Shown here: positions 7,943-18,357 of the stretch, one piece after another
How the letters are laid out: each line of letters begins with the position of its first letter
How positions within the stretch are numbered: the first letter of the stretch is position 1
DNA from: a virus
IMG/VR virus record: IMGVR_UViG_3300031952_000005
Location: 1 to 64,000 of that record
DNA length: 64,000 nucleotides
Direction: 5' to 3' (one strand)
The notes under the pieces: model-generated
Database searches by the model: none
What the model was told of the DNA's origin: nothing
Seen by the model: the letters and a program-made list of their open reading frames with translations, nothing else
Made by a program: the position numbers and the translations under genes

Positions 7943-8668
7943 ATGCATCATAATAATTTTTATGTTTATTTACACAGACGTTTAGATACAAATGAAATAT
8001 TTTATGTTGGAATTGGTAAAACACCACCTCCACATAAAGTTTGGAAACATAACACAAAATATTCCAGAGCTTTTGAAAAAACTAAAAGAACTCAATTTTG
8101 GAAAAATATTATTTGTAAAACAGATTATTTTGTTGAAATATATTTTGAATCTGAAAGTGAAGCAGAAGTTAAATTAAAAGAACAAGAGTTAATATTGTTA
8201 TATGGTAGAAAATGTTGTGACAAAAATGGAACTCTTGTTAATTTTACATCAGGTGGTGACAGAAATGATGGTCCTAAAAATTATAACATAAAGATTATTC
8301 AAAAAGATCTAAACAATAATGTTGTAAAAATATGGGAACAACTAAAAGATATTGAATTAGAATTAGGTTATTTAAAAACTAATATTGTAAAATGTTGTAG
8401 AAAAAAACAAATTACAGCGTATGGATATTTTTGGGAATATGATAATGAATTGTATAAAGATAAATATTCTAGTACAGCAAGAAAAAAAACAACAAACAAT
8501 GGTGTGGGAATTGAACTTTTTGACAAAAATAATAAGTTATTAAAAACTTTTAGATCACAACAAGAAGTTGCTGATTACTTAAATATACACAGAACAACTG
8601 TTAACAGGTATTTAAACAATAAAAACAATAAAAATAAATACTTTACATTAAAGTATAGAAAATGGTAA
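7943..8668 (+). mobile_element. Free-standing GIY-YIG homing endonuclease with NUMOD1-type DNA-binding repeats
   Basis: FYVYLH...FYVGIG; C-terminal NUMOD1/HTH-like repeats (IIQKDLNNNVVKIW...CCRKK..TAYGYFW; FRSQQEVADYL). Confidence 0.85.
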
Positions 8669-8688
8669 AATTTTAAAAAACAAAGAAA

Positions 8689-8946
8689 ATGGATAACAAG
8701 AAGTTTGTTGGTTATTACATCATTGGCGCGTACAATGAAGAAGAAGCACAGAAAGGTGCTGGATTATTATTATGGTCACAACAAAAACCAAATTGTGTGA
8801 CAAAATTCTTTAGTAAATTATTGTTAAATATCTACTGGATTGATAAAGAAAATTACACACCGGTAGAAAAGGTATTACAAGTAAGTAAAGCTGAGTTTCC
8901 TAAACATAGAGTTTACAAAAAGAAAAAAACTGATGAAACAAAATAA
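8689..8946 (+). CDS. Hypothetical protein
   Basis: ORF track. Confidence 0.65.
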   Translation: MDNKKFVGYYIIGAYNEEEAQKGAGLLLWSQQKPNCVTKFFSKLLLNIYWIDKENYTPVEKVLQVSKAEFPKHRVYKKKKTDETK

Positions 8947-10042
8947 ACGAGAAGAAATCCAGAGTGAAGCACTTGCTGCTACACAAGGAATCAATCGTTG
9001 TACATTAGGTGTCAGTATTGGTGTTGGTAAAACTTACATAGGTTTACAACACATGCAAAAAGAGTTTGATAATGGTGCAAGAAACTTTATGGTTGTTGCA
9101 CCAAAACTTTCTATATTTACTTCATGGAAAGATGATGCACTAAAGTTTGGTGTAGAACATTTGTTACCTTGTATTACATTTACTACATACTTATCGTTGA
9201 CAAAACAAAATGTAGCATACGATTGTTTGTATTTAGATGAGTGTCATAACTTACTGTATACTCACGAAAATTATCTTCTTTTCTATCATGGTAAGATTGT
9301 AGGTCTTTCTGGTACACCTCCTCGTCATGCTATTTCAGAAAAAGGTATAATGGTTAGTAGATATTGTCCTATTGTGTATTCGTACATAACAGATGATGCT
9401 ATTGATGATAACATACTTAATGATTATCGTATTATAGTACATTTATTACCATTATCAACCTATAAAAACTTTAAAGTTTCTACTAAAGCAGGTGGGGGAT
9501 TCATGACTTCAGAAAAAGATCATTATACTTACTGGACAAGTAGAATAGAAAAAGAGTTTTCTATTGGTTCTAAACAAAAATTACGCATCATGCGCATGCA
9601 AGGACTAATGCAATATCCTACAAAAGAAAGATACGCAAAAAAGTTACTTGAAAATCTAGATGACAAGTGCATAGTGTTTTGTAATAACACTGATCAAGCT
9701 GATCGTGTTTGTGACAACAGTTACCATAGTAAGAATGTAAACAGCGAGGATAACCTCAATGCATTTAAACAAGGATTGTTTAACTGTCTGTCATCAGTGC
9801 AGCAACTAAATGAAGGTGTAAACATTCCAAATTTAAAGTATGGAATAATATTACACGCATATAGTAACGAACGTAAGAGTAATCAACGTATTGGTAGATT
9901 ACTGCGACTTAATCCAGATCAAGAATCAATTATACATATTCTTGCATATAAAGACACTGTTGATACTGAATGGGTATTGAGTGCGTTAAGTGATTTAGAT
10001 CAATCAAAAATAACATGGAAAGATGCAGAATATAACAGTTAA
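8933..10042 (+). CDS. Superfamily 2 helicase (UvsW/ResIII-like)
   Basis: GVGKT, DECH, SGT, NEGVNIP, QRIGRLLR. Confidence 0.92.
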   Translation: MKQNKREEIQSEALAATQGINRCTLGVSIGVGKTYIGLQHMQKEFDNGARNFMVVAPKLSIFTSWKDDALKFGVEHLLPCITFTTYLSLTKQNVAYDCLYLDECHNLLYTHENYLLFYHGKIVGLSGTPPRHAISEKGIMVSRYCPIVYSYITDDAIDDNILNDYRIIVHLLPLSTYKNFKVSTKAGGGFMTSEKDHYTYWTSRIEKEFSIGSKQKLRIMRMQGLMQYPTKERYAKKLLENLDDKCIVFCNNTDQADRVCDNSYHSKNVNSEDNLNAFKQGLFNCLSSVQQLNEGVNIPNLKYGIILHAYSNERKSNQRIGRLLRLNPDQESIIHILAYKDTVDTEWVLSALSDLDQSKITWKDAEYNS

Positions 10043-10400
10043 ATTTGGTAAACATAATGGTGAACTAAAACCATTAACTCCTGAAGATGGCGCAAAATTC
10101 TTTGAATTTAGAAGACAATTGTCTGAAGGAGAAACAGTAGAATATTATATTACAAAAATTACTGACGAAAATGACCATACACTAGGTCAATTGGCAAAAG
10201 TGCATGCTATGATTAAAGAATTAGCAAGAGAAACAGGACATGGTTTTCAAGAAATGAAAGATACTGTAAAAGAAAAAGCAGGACTTGTCGATCCTGCTTC
10301 TAAAGAATATAAAAGTTTTTCTGTATGTTCTAAAAAAGAATTGTCTGACGCAATTCAAGTGTGCATTGAAATTGGTTCACTAGTAGGATACTACTTTTGA
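10023..10400 (+). CDS. NinB/Orf-like recombination accessory protein (tentative)
   Basis: TLGQLAKVHAMIKELARETG resembles the NinB/YbcN helix. Confidence 0.45.
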   Translation: MQNITVKFGKHNGELKPLTPEDGAKFFEFRRQLSEGETVEYYITKITDENDHTLGQLAKVHAMIKELARETGHGFQEMKDTVKEKAGLVDPASKEYKSFSVCSKKELSDAIQVCIEIGSLVGYYF

Positions 10401-10756
10401 GTTTCTTCAGCAACTGGTTCTTGAGACATTCTTTCTTCATTCAGTTTCTTCAGTTCTTCAGGAGATACTGATTTAGTAAAACCTTCAGTTTTTGCATTTT
10501 TTTGAAACTCTGACAAAATGATTAACAAAGTTTCAACATGAAAATCTTCTTCACTGTCAATTGTTTGTAGTTTTACTTTTTCAAGAAACTTTTCAATTTC
10601 TTCAGGTTTTTTATCTTTTATCATAGAAAGATAAATCATTTGTAATCTTTGAAAAAAGGTTGTACTTATTTTAATATTTACAATCGCTTTTTTATCAATA
10701 ACCTCAATTTGTTGAGGTGGTACTACAGGAGCTTTGTCTGCTTTTGTTTTTGCCAT
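10391..10756 (-). CDS. Hypothetical protein; lone antisense gene in the replication block
   Basis: 121-aa ORF fills the gap, has an MAK start and an apparent promoter of its own. Confidence 0.8.
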   Translation of the reverse strand: MAKTKADKAPVVPPQQIEVIDKKAIVNIKISTTFFQRLQMIYLSMIKDKKPEEIEKFLEKVKLQTIDSEEDFHVETLLIILSEFQKNAKTEGFTKSVSPEELKKLNEERMSQEPVAEETQK

Positions 10757-10782
10757 TACGTTATAATTAATTAATTAATACA

Positions 10783-10813
10783 CAAATATATACAAAATGT
10801 CCAACATACCAAA
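10783..10813 (-). promoter_or_regulatory. Bacteroidota-type promoter for the antisense gene
   Basis: Minus strand TTTG (10813-10810), 19 nt, TATATTTG (10790-10783). Confidence 0.55.
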
Positions 10814-11534
10814 TAAATTATTACCAGAAGAGTACGCTACTAAGATGTACGAGATGTTGAAACCTTCTGGTTGGCACAATGTTCTAAAAGGATTTTTACT
10901 ATCAGAAGATTTTGTACACATTATAAAAGTACTTGAAAATTGTGTTGCAGATGGTCTAAGATTTACTCCACCATTGAAACAAGTCTTTAGAGCATTTATG
11001 GAATGTCCTTTTGATAGTACCAATGTGATAATGGTAGGACAGGATCCTTATCCAAATTTAGGTATTGCCGATGGTATTGCTTTTTCATGTGGTAACACTA
11101 AAAAACCAGAGGCATCACTACGTTATATATTTAAAAATATAAACAAAACTGTTTACGATGACAAGAAAGATGTATTAGCATTTGATCCAGACTTATCAAG
11201 ATGGTCACAACAAGGAGTACTTATGTTAAATACATCACTTACAACAGAAATTGGTAAAATTGGTAAACACATTCCTATATGGGATCCTTTTAACAAGTAT
11301 CTTATAGATATGCTTAACGCAAATGACAAAGATTATGTGTGGGTGCTGATGGGTAAACAAGCACAATCTAATGAAGATTTGATTGATAACATACTCTGTA
11401 ACACGCAGATACTAAAATGTTCACACCCAGCATCAGCAGCATATCAAAAAGCATCTGAATGGAATAGTAATGACATTTTTAATCAAGTAAATGACGCATT
11501 ACAGTTGACAAATAAACCAAAAATAGTTTGGTAA
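10797..11534 (+). CDS. ung: Uracil-DNA glycosylase, family 1
   Basis: GQDPY, GIAFS, QGVLMLNTSLT, SHP motifs. Confidence 0.95.
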   Translation: MSNIPNKLLPEEYATKMYEMLKPSGWHNVLKGFLLSEDFVHIIKVLENCVADGLRFTPPLKQVFRAFMECPFDSTNVIMVGQDPYPNLGIADGIAFSCGNTKKPEASLRYIFKNINKTVYDDKKDVLAFDPDLSRWSQQGVLMLNTSLTTEIGKIGKHIPIWDPFNKYLIDMLNANDKDYVWVLMGKQAQSNEDLIDNILCNTQILKCSHPASAAYQKASEWNSNDIFNQVNDALQLTNKPKIVW

Positions 11535-11601
11535 ATACTTGCGTAACTTTCAAAAGTTTACTATATTCGTATTTTAATTTAAACTTTATATATTTATTTC
11601 C

Positions 11602-12585
11602 ATGGGTGATGAACCAAAAAAAATAGAATGGAAACAATATGGTGAAGTGATGGATGAAGGTATAGTATACATTCACTCAAGAGCAAGTGGAAGTATAAAA
11701 TCTTTAAAAACTCAATGGAAACAGTTTAATAAAATTGGACTGAACGGTATTGAGTGGCAATCACTATATGTTATTGCTGCAAGACCAGGAGTTGGTAAAA
11801 CTCTTATTGCAGCATCTTTAACACGAGAATTACAGCGTTTGAATCCTGAACAGGAGTTTGCTGTACTGCATTTTCAATTTGAGATGCTTGGAAGAAACAT
11901 GGCGTTGCGTGAGTTATCAGCAACCAGTGGGTTAAATATTAGATATTTACAATCTGCACAAGATGATGGAATGCCTCCATTGACAAGTGCTGATTTTAAT
12001 AAGTTAAAAGATTATGCGAGTAAACAAAAAACAAGAAAAGAATACATCATTGATACTGCATTAACAGTAAATGAAATGCGTAGTGCTATTTTTAGTTTCT
12101 ACAACACAATGAAAAAACCTTTTGTTATTACGTTAGACCATACTCTTTTGGTTAAACAATCTGGTAGTGAGAACAATAAGCAAGCAACCTTGCAAAATCT
12201 TGCTATCATGATGACAGAAATGAAAAATAAATTGCCAGTAACTTTCATTATACTGACGCAATTGAATAGAGATATTGACGATCCAGAACGTCAGAAACCG
12301 ACAGGAAGAGGCGAAGGTCACTATCCTACTGAGTCTGATGTTTATGGTAGCGACTTCTTACTTCAATGTGCAGACGTTATGATTGCTTTTAACAGACCAG
12401 CAAAGTATAACTTAGGACTTTATGGACCAAACAAGTATATCATAGATGACAAGTTCTTATTGGCAATGCATATTTTGAAGAATCGTTTTGGTGAAGTGGG
12501 AATACAATGGTATAGAGCAGAATATGCAAAAATGACCATTGTGGAAGCACCTACTCCATCAACACGAATAATTAGTAGTTCGTAA
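11602..12585 (+). CDS. dnaB: DnaB-like replicative helicase (ATPase domain only)
   Basis: AARPGVGKT, FEM, LDH, LTQLNR, ADV, KNRFG. Confidence 0.93.
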   Translation: MGDEPKKIEWKQYGEVMDEGIVYIHSRASGSIKSLKTQWKQFNKIGLNGIEWQSLYVIAARPGVGKTLIAASLTRELQRLNPEQEFAVLHFQFEMLGRNMALRELSATSGLNIRYLQSAQDDGMPPLTSADFNKLKDYASKQKTRKEYIIDTALTVNEMRSAIFSFYNTMKKPFVITLDHTLLVKQSGSENNKQATLQNLAIMMTEMKNKLPVTFIILTQLNRDIDDPERQKPTGRGEGHYPTESDVYGSDFLLQCADVMIAFNRPAKYNLGLYGPNKYIIDDKFLLAMHILKNRFGEVGIQWYRAEYAKMTIVEAPTPSTRIISSS

Positions 12586-12626
12586 AGTTAAATGTAAAAA
12601 ATGTAAAATTAAAAAATGTAATTAGT

Positions 12627-13268
12627 ATGTCAACAACAACAAAGAGAAAACACATTAATGAATTAACAGAAGAGTTCAGACCTTTTTGGGAACCTTTGTT
12701 TAAAGAAATGGATATTGAAAATCCATTATTTTTTGCAAAATTATGTTACAATGGTAATGAATTTGGAGTACTTCCTGTAGAAACATTGCGTTTCTATGCT
12801 GAACAAATTTCTAAAAATCAAGACGTATACGTAGAACTGTTTGATTGGTATGATAAACCATATCATGAAGGAGAACGCGTGTTATACAGATTTAAGAACA
12901 CACCTGACTGGAGAAATAATCTAGCAGATTATGTAGAAGTTACAAGAAAAAAAGATGGATCAATGCTTCCTTATCCTTCTTATGCTTTTAAACTTACTTC
13001 ATTTGAAAGATTGAATACTACAAATGTAAAATTTAGTATTCCTGCAACTACAAAAACATCAGAAGAACCAGAACTTTCGCTTCCAAAGTATGGTGAAATT
13101 GATAATGAGATTTTTGATGACAATTTTCTCGAAAAAGATGATAATCATTATGCACAAATGACTATTAGAGATATTTATTGTATTGTACAAAATACTCCTA
13201 TGTCAAACAAAAAGTGGTTAAACAATTTAATAAAAGATGGTAAACAATGGCAAGTACAACAGAAGTAA
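12627..13268 (+). CDS. Conserved crAss-like hypothetical protein
   Basis: ORF track; ends MTIRD...PMSNKKWLN.LIK. Confidence 0.7.
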   Translation: MSTTTKRKHINELTEEFRPFWEPLFKEMDIENPLFFAKLCYNGNEFGVLPVETLRFYAEQISKNQDVYVELFDWYDKPYHEGERVLYRFKNTPDWRNNLADYVEVTRKKDGSMLPYPSYAFKLTSFERLNTTNVKFSIPATTKTSEEPELSLPKYGEIDNEIFDDNFLEKDDNHYAQMTIRDIYCIVQNTPMSNKKWLNNLIKDGKQWQVQQK

Positions 13269-14014
13269 AAGAAGGTTTGGTATTACCAACTGCAACAGTA
13301 AAAGCAGTAATTAAAAGTCCAAAGAATTTGATTATATTTAGTAAACCAAAAACTGGTAAGACAACATTGTTGTCACAATTACCAAATTGTTTATTAATAG
13401 ATCTAGAAGGTGGTTCTGATTATGTTGACGCAATGAAAATCAAAGCAAATAACATCAAAGAACTTATGGATATAGAAGCTGCTATTATAAAAGCTGGTAA
13501 ACCATACAAGTATATTGCTTTAGATACTATTACAGCATTAGAAGATATGTGTATTCCATACGCAGAACATTTGTATTCACTGTCCCCTATGGGTTCTAAT
13601 TGGAAAACAACTGGTAAAGCAAAACATGGTAGTATATTAAATCTTGCTAATGGTGCAGGGTATCCATGGTTGCGTCAAGCATTTAATGATATGACAACAA
13701 GAATTAAAAATCTTGCTCCTCATATTATTTTGTGTGGTCACGTAAAAGATACTCTTCTTTCAAAAAATGGAAATGATTTTAGTTCGTTGGATCTTAATCT
13801 TACAGGTAAACTGAAAGATATTACCACTTCTAAATCAGATGCCATTGGTTACTTAGTTAGAAAAGATGACAAAAATATCTTGAGTTTTAAGACACAAGAT
13901 GATATTTTGTGTGGTGCAAGACCAGAACACTTGAGAAACAAGGAGATAATTATTTCTGAAACTCTTGAAGATGGTACTATTATATCACACTGGAATGAAA
14001 TATTTATAGATTAA
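13247..14014 (+). CDS. AAA_24/Sak4-like ssDNA annealing ATPase
   Basis: SKPKTGKTT, IDLEGG, LDTIT, GAGY, GHVKD. Confidence 0.85.
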   Translation: MASTTEVKEGLVLPTATVKAVIKSPKNLIIFSKPKTGKTTLLSQLPNCLLIDLEGGSDYVDAMKIKANNIKELMDIEAAIIKAGKPYKYIALDTITALEDMCIPYAEHLYSLSPMGSNWKTTGKAKHGSILNLANGAGYPWLRQAFNDMTTRIKNLAPHIILCGHVKDTLLSKNGNDFSSLDLNLTGKLKDITTSKSDAIGYLVRKDDKNILSFKTQDDILCGARPEHLRNKEIIISETLEDGTIISHWNEIFID

Positions 14015-14051
14015 TTAAAAATTATTACTTAACAAATTAAAATTAGAAAAA

Positions 14052-14792
14052 ATGAAATCATTTAGTTTAAACAATTACACACCATCAGAAGGAAATTACG
14101 TATCTAAAATTCTATTACCTGGTACACATAAATGTAAAATTATTGACTTAAAATTGGAAAGACCACCTTATGACAAGGATCAATACAATTTGATTTTTGT
14201 ATTAGAAGGTGAACCAATGGGTAATGATTTTGAAGGTATCCAGATTAACAGACTAGATCCTTCTAAAGGAAACTATAAAGGTCAGATTGCTTCTGTAAGA
14301 AGTGGACAGTTTGGTTTTAAAGACTGGGTATATAAAGGTAAAACTATATCAAGAGATGAATCAATTCAGAATTTTGCAGGAAGTTTCTTGAAACAAATTG
14401 GTATGTTAGACAAGTTTAAAGCACTTAATATTCAATGTGATACAATTGAAGAATTAGTAATTGCTATTAAGAATTTTGTATGTAGACCTGACTTCTGGTT
14501 GTTTTTTACAATTGGTGGACAAAAATATTACAAAGATGGTTCTGAATATGCAAACTATTCTTTATTTTTACCAAAAAGAACTGAAGGTAAATATGCATAT
14601 GCATTAACAGAAGATGATGCTACCTTTTTACCATTCAATGAAGCTGTTCATATTTATGAGAAAAAAGTTTCTGATGACAATTCTGAAAGTATCAGTGAAT
14701 TTTCACCAGCTCCAGTTTCTGAGGATGTTTTTAATCCTGCAAATAGTTCACCTGTTTTTGAAGACAACGTTAGCGACTTGCAACTACCATAA
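14052..14792 (+). CDS. Putative single-stranded DNA-binding protein
   Basis: Follows the Sak4-like gene; PGTHKCKI OB-like start; acidic/Pro C-terminal tail. Confidence 0.55.
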   Translation: MKSFSLNNYTPSEGNYVSKILLPGTHKCKIIDLKLERPPYDKDQYNLIFVLEGEPMGNDFEGIQINRLDPSKGNYKGQIASVRSGQFGFKDWVYKGKTISRDESIQNFAGSFLKQIGMLDKFKALNIQCDTIEELVIAIKNFVCRPDFWLFFTIGGQKYYKDGSEYANYSLFLPKRTEGKYAYALTEDDATFLPFNEAVHIYEKKVSDDNSESISEFSPAPVSEDVFNPANSSPVFEDNVSDLQLP

Positions 14793-14816
14793 TTAAAATG
14801 TTTTATTTTTAAGATG

Positions 14817-14848
14817 AGGGTAGATGTAATGTCTACCCTTTTCATTTT
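14817..14848 (+). terminator. Rho-independent terminator
   Basis: AGGGTAGAT-gtaat-GTCTACCCT followed by TTTCATTTT. Confidence 0.75.
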
Positions 14849-14865
14849 AATATAAAATAGTAATT

Positions 14866-15897
14866 ATGTTTAGTTTAAATAACTATGTTTCTTCACTAGA
14901 AGATGTTCCATCAGATTGGATACTTGAACATTATTTACAGTTACCTGAAAAGTTAACAGGTCAAAATGTAAGAATGAAAAGTTTATTTAATCCAGATGAT
15001 AGAGATCCTTCTATGTATTTGTACTATGTAAAAGGAACTAATACGTACAAGTATAAATGTTTTTCAACAGGTAAATCTGGAAGTCCTTCTGATTTAATGA
15101 CAAAATTGTGGGGAATTGACTATGGTTCTGCTGTTTCTAAGATCATGCAAGACTATAAAGTTTATTTAAAAACTGGTGTTAAACCAATAAAAAAAAATTT
15201 TGTAGAAACTAAATGGATAGTATCTGATTATTTTATCAGAGGCTGGACTAAAGATGATGCAGATTATTGGTTACAGTTCAACATTGGTAGTAAACTGCTT
15301 GAACAGTACAATGTGATTCCTATTCGTAGTTATACAATGACTAAGCAAATAGGTAACGTTGATACAAAAGAGATGTTTACTGTACAGAAAAAGAACATTT
15401 ACATGTACACTACAAAGTACAACGAGATGTACAAAATATATCAACCAAAAAGTGCAACAAAAAAGTTTTTCAAATTAATGGACCACACTCAAGGTATTGA
15501 TCAGCTAGAAGGTAAGCGATTCATGGTAATTGCATCTTCTCTAAAAGATTGTATGGCAATCAAAAGTATTCCAGGTCTTGACGTTGATGTTATTGCACCA
15601 GATAGTGAGAATACAAAACTAGATCCAGAGTTGATAGATGCTCTAAAAAATGATTACGAAGCTGTTGTTACTTATATGGATAGTGACGCTGCAGGTATTG
15701 CGAGTATGAAATATTACTTAGAGACTCACAATTTACCATTTTGTTATATATCATTGGAAAAAGACTTTAGTGACATTGTCAAAGTACATGGTATTAAAAA
15801 AGCAGTGTATGCTTTTGTTCCAGTTTTAGATAAAGCAATTGCAAAATATAAAGAATTAAATCTAGAATATGTTGACAATAGTGATTTAGTTTACTAG
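14866..15897 (+). CDS. dnaG: DNA primase (TOPRIM), crAss-type
   Basis: SSLKD, APDSE, MDSDAAG, KDFSD; N-terminal degenerate Zn-binding-like region. Confidence 0.85.
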   Translation: MFSLNNYVSSLEDVPSDWILEHYLQLPEKLTGQNVRMKSLFNPDDRDPSMYLYYVKGTNTYKYKCFSTGKSGSPSDLMTKLWGIDYGSAVSKIMQDYKVYLKTGVKPIKKNFVETKWIVSDYFIRGWTKDDADYWLQFNIGSKLLEQYNVIPIRSYTMTKQIGNVDTKEMFTVQKKNIYMYTTKYNEMYKIYQPKSATKKFFKLMDHTQGIDQLEGKRFMVIASSLKDCMAIKSIPGLDVDVIAPDSENTKLDPELIDALKNDYEAVVTYMDSDAAGIASMKYYLETHNLPFCYISLEKDFSDIVKVHGIKKAVYAFVPVLDKAIAKYKELNLEYVDNSDLVY

Positions 15898-15918
15898 ATT
15901 TGTAAAAAAATCAAAACT

Positions 15919-16374
15919 ATGAGCAATTGGATTCTTACTAAAAGTAGCAACAAAGTAATTACAAAATTAGAAGATCTACCTGATAATGAACATGTTATAG
16001 GTTTTGTTTACAAAATAACACATGTTGAAACTGGTAAGTTTTACATTGGCAAAAAAAGTCTGTTCTCTTCAAGAAAAACAGCAATAAGTAAAAAGGAAAA
16101 AGCAACTACTGGTACAAGGAAGCGTGTAAAAACAGTAGTTAAACAATCAAATTGGTTGTCATATTTTGGTAGTTGTAAAGAACTATCTGAAGAAGTGTTA
16201 AGAAATGGAGCACATAATTATAAACGCGAAATTCTTGAATTGTGTTGCACTAAGAAATATCTTAATTATTGTGAGTTAGCATATCAAGTAAAAATGGATG
16301 TGCTAACAAACAATAGTTATAATGGTAATATATTAGGAAGATACTTTGCAAGAGATATGCAAAATTGTAAATAA
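15919..16374 (+). CDS. GIY-YIG family nuclease
   Basis: GFVYKIT...FYIGKK...W.SYFGS...REIL...E...YNGNI. Confidence 0.8.
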   Translation: MSNWILTKSSNKVITKLEDLPDNEHVIGFVYKITHVETGKFYIGKKSLFSSRKTAISKKEKATTGTRKRVKTVVKQSNWLSYFGSCKELSEEVLRNGAHNYKREILELCCTKKYLNYCELAYQVKMDVLTNNSYNGNILGRYFARDMQNCK

Positions 16375-17417
16375 TGAAAGTAACTAATTTACTACCGACA
16401 GTAGCAGAACGTCTACAAAAAGAAGAAGAGTTTTTTGACAAAAATTTTATGATGTCTTATTCAGGTTTGAATAAGTTATTGTACAGTCCTAGATTATTTT
16501 ACATGCATTATGTATTAGGACAACGTGATGATTCTACTGACAAATTTGCAATAGAGGGTAAACTTATCCACTGTTTGTTTCTAAAACCTGAAGATTTTGA
16601 CAAAGAATTTGCATTAAGTATTGCTGATGTACCAAGTGATAATCCAAAAACATTATTGGATAGATTATTTGTGCATTATAAAGAACTTAACGCTGCTGGT
16701 GATCCACGAGAAAATCTAGAACATTTTGAATATGCAATACTAGATATTCTACAAGATATGAGTTTATATCAGACATTAAAAACTGATAAACAACGTATTG
16801 AGAAAATTATCACAGAAAGACATGTTGCTTACTGGGACCACTTAAAAAATGGTCAAGGTAAAATACTTGTAGATCCAGATATATTTGCGCAGTGTACAGC
16901 AATTGTAGAAGAAATTAAATCAAAAGATAATGTTATGTCTGTAATGGGGTATAGACCTCAGTTTGGTGATAACATTAAATTGCAAAATGAAGTTGCACTT
17001 GCTGCATTTGATGATAAGTATCCATTGTTTGGATTAAGAGGATTTATTGACAACTTGGTAATTGATCATACTAACAAGGTAATCCGTGTTAATGATTTAA
17101 AGAAATCAAGTAAAGACATATCTTCTTTTCCAGAATCAATTGAATACTACAAATATTGGATGCAAGCGTCTATGTATTACATGTTAGTGTGTAATGTGTA
17201 TTTGTTTAAACCAGAGTATGCTGATTACAAATTTGAATTTAGATTTATTGTAATTGACAACTATCTGCAGATTGCACCGATTAGAGTTTCAAATGAAACT
17301 TTAAAAGAATGGGTAAAGAAAACCCAAGCGTTATTAGATCAAGCAAATTATCATTTTGATAATAGATGTTTTGATCTACCTTATGAATTTTTAATAAACA
17401 AAGAAGTTGTACTATGA
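16374..17417 (+). CDS. PD-(D/E)XK exonuclease (ExoVIII/DUF3799-like)
   Basis: SYSGL, GKLIH, RGFIDNL, NDLK, YWMQASMY. Confidence 0.85.
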   Translation: MKVTNLLPTVAERLQKEEEFFDKNFMMSYSGLNKLLYSPRLFYMHYVLGQRDDSTDKFAIEGKLIHCLFLKPEDFDKEFALSIADVPSDNPKTLLDRLFVHYKELNAAGDPRENLEHFEYAILDILQDMSLYQTLKTDKQRIEKIITERHVAYWDHLKNGQGKILVDPDIFAQCTAIVEEIKSKDNVMSVMGYRPQFGDNIKLQNEVALAAFDDKYPLFGLRGFIDNLVIDHTNKVIRVNDLKKSSKDISSFPESIEYYKYWMQASMYYMLVCNVYLFKPEYADYKFEFRFIVIDNYLQIAPIRVSNETLKEWVKKTQALLDQANYHFDNRCFDLPYEFLINKEVVL

Positions 17418-17962
17418 TAACTGATATTTATAGAAAATATTTTCAGAAGTCTTACAATTTTTTATATCCTCTTTTAGGATTTAAAAAACACAATAACCAC
17501 AAACCTTTTCAGACTTATATTGCATGGGAAGGTGTTTGTGATACAAAATCAAAGAGATTAGTATGCATGTACAAAAAACTTGATACACCAGAATGGAACC
17601 ATTTTGAAAAAGAGTATTTGATTACGCATACAATGCTTGATTATTGTATACCAATAGACAATAACACAATTGCATACATATTTAGTTTTGATTCTAAAGC
17701 TGATGATTATGATGCTTTTTGTAATGGAAAATATTCAACATTTTGTCAACAATCAAAAAAACTATTAAGTACTTATTATGGTGTTCATACACCAGAGTGG
17801 ATTTTTATGGAGTCTTATTTATATCCTGAAAAGTATTATAAAAAATACGCAGACATACTAGGTGTAGATATAGAACTTCTTAGAATTACAGTAGAACTTT
17901 GTGAGAAATATGATGAGGTAAAAGAAACATGTCAGATATCTCATCCAGAACATACAATTTAA
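17414..17962 (+). CDS. Conserved crAss-like hypothetical protein
   Basis: YFQKS..FLYPLLG, GKYS, ELC motifs. Confidence 0.7.
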   Translation: MITDIYRKYFQKSYNFLYPLLGFKKHNNHKPFQTYIAWEGVCDTKSKRLVCMYKKLDTPEWNHFEKEYLITHTMLDYCIPIDNNTIAYIFSFDSKADDYDAFCNGKYSTFCQQSKKLLSTYYGVHTPEWIFMESYLYPEKYYKKYADILGVDIELLRITVELCEKYDEVKETCQISHPEHTI

Positions 17963-17974
17963 TAAAACAAAAAA

Positions 17975-18340
17975 ATGAATAGTACAAAAAGTATGTTTAT
18001 ATACTCTGCTGACTGGCACGGTAAAAAAACATTTAGAATGTTACCAGTAGTAGAATCATGTCCATTTAACGAGGTTATTTATGATCCTGAAACAAAAGTT
18101 CTTGCTGTAATAAGTAAAGAATTTAAGGAAAAACCTCATATGTTTGCTAAACTTAACAATGCTGGTAAACCTATGCGAGGAAATGGAGATAGTGCTCTGG
18201 AAGAACGTGTCTTTATGGATACTTATTTTGAGTATTATATTGACAATAAAGCAGACATCAAAAATTTTATTTCTGAGTTTGCATTAAATCCTGCACATAG
18301 TTCTGTTAATGTAATAGATGATGTAACAACAGAAGAATAA
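17975..18340 (+). CDS. Hypothetical protein
   Basis: ORF track. Confidence 0.7.
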   Translation: MNSTKSMFIYSADWHGKKTFRMLPVVESCPFNEVIYDPETKVLAVISKEFKEKPHMFAKLNNAGKPMRGNGDSALEERVFMDTYFEYYIDNKADIKNFISEFALNPAHSSVNVIDDVTTEE

Positions 18341-18357
18341 TTCTGTATAAATAATTA

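Noticed and set aside
7914-8689. Duplicated target-gene fragment around the GIY-YIG HEG, analogous to the kinase case
   Set aside because: No duplicated peptide remnant is visible on either side.
11539-11570. Possible promoter upstream of dnaB (TTG...TATATTCG)
   Set aside because: It deviates from the TAnnTTTG consensus; plausible but too weak to list as a feature.
12586-12626. AAATGTAA repeated three times before 12627
   Set aside because: Short and low-complexity in an AT-rich genome; it cannot be distinguished from chance or slippage.
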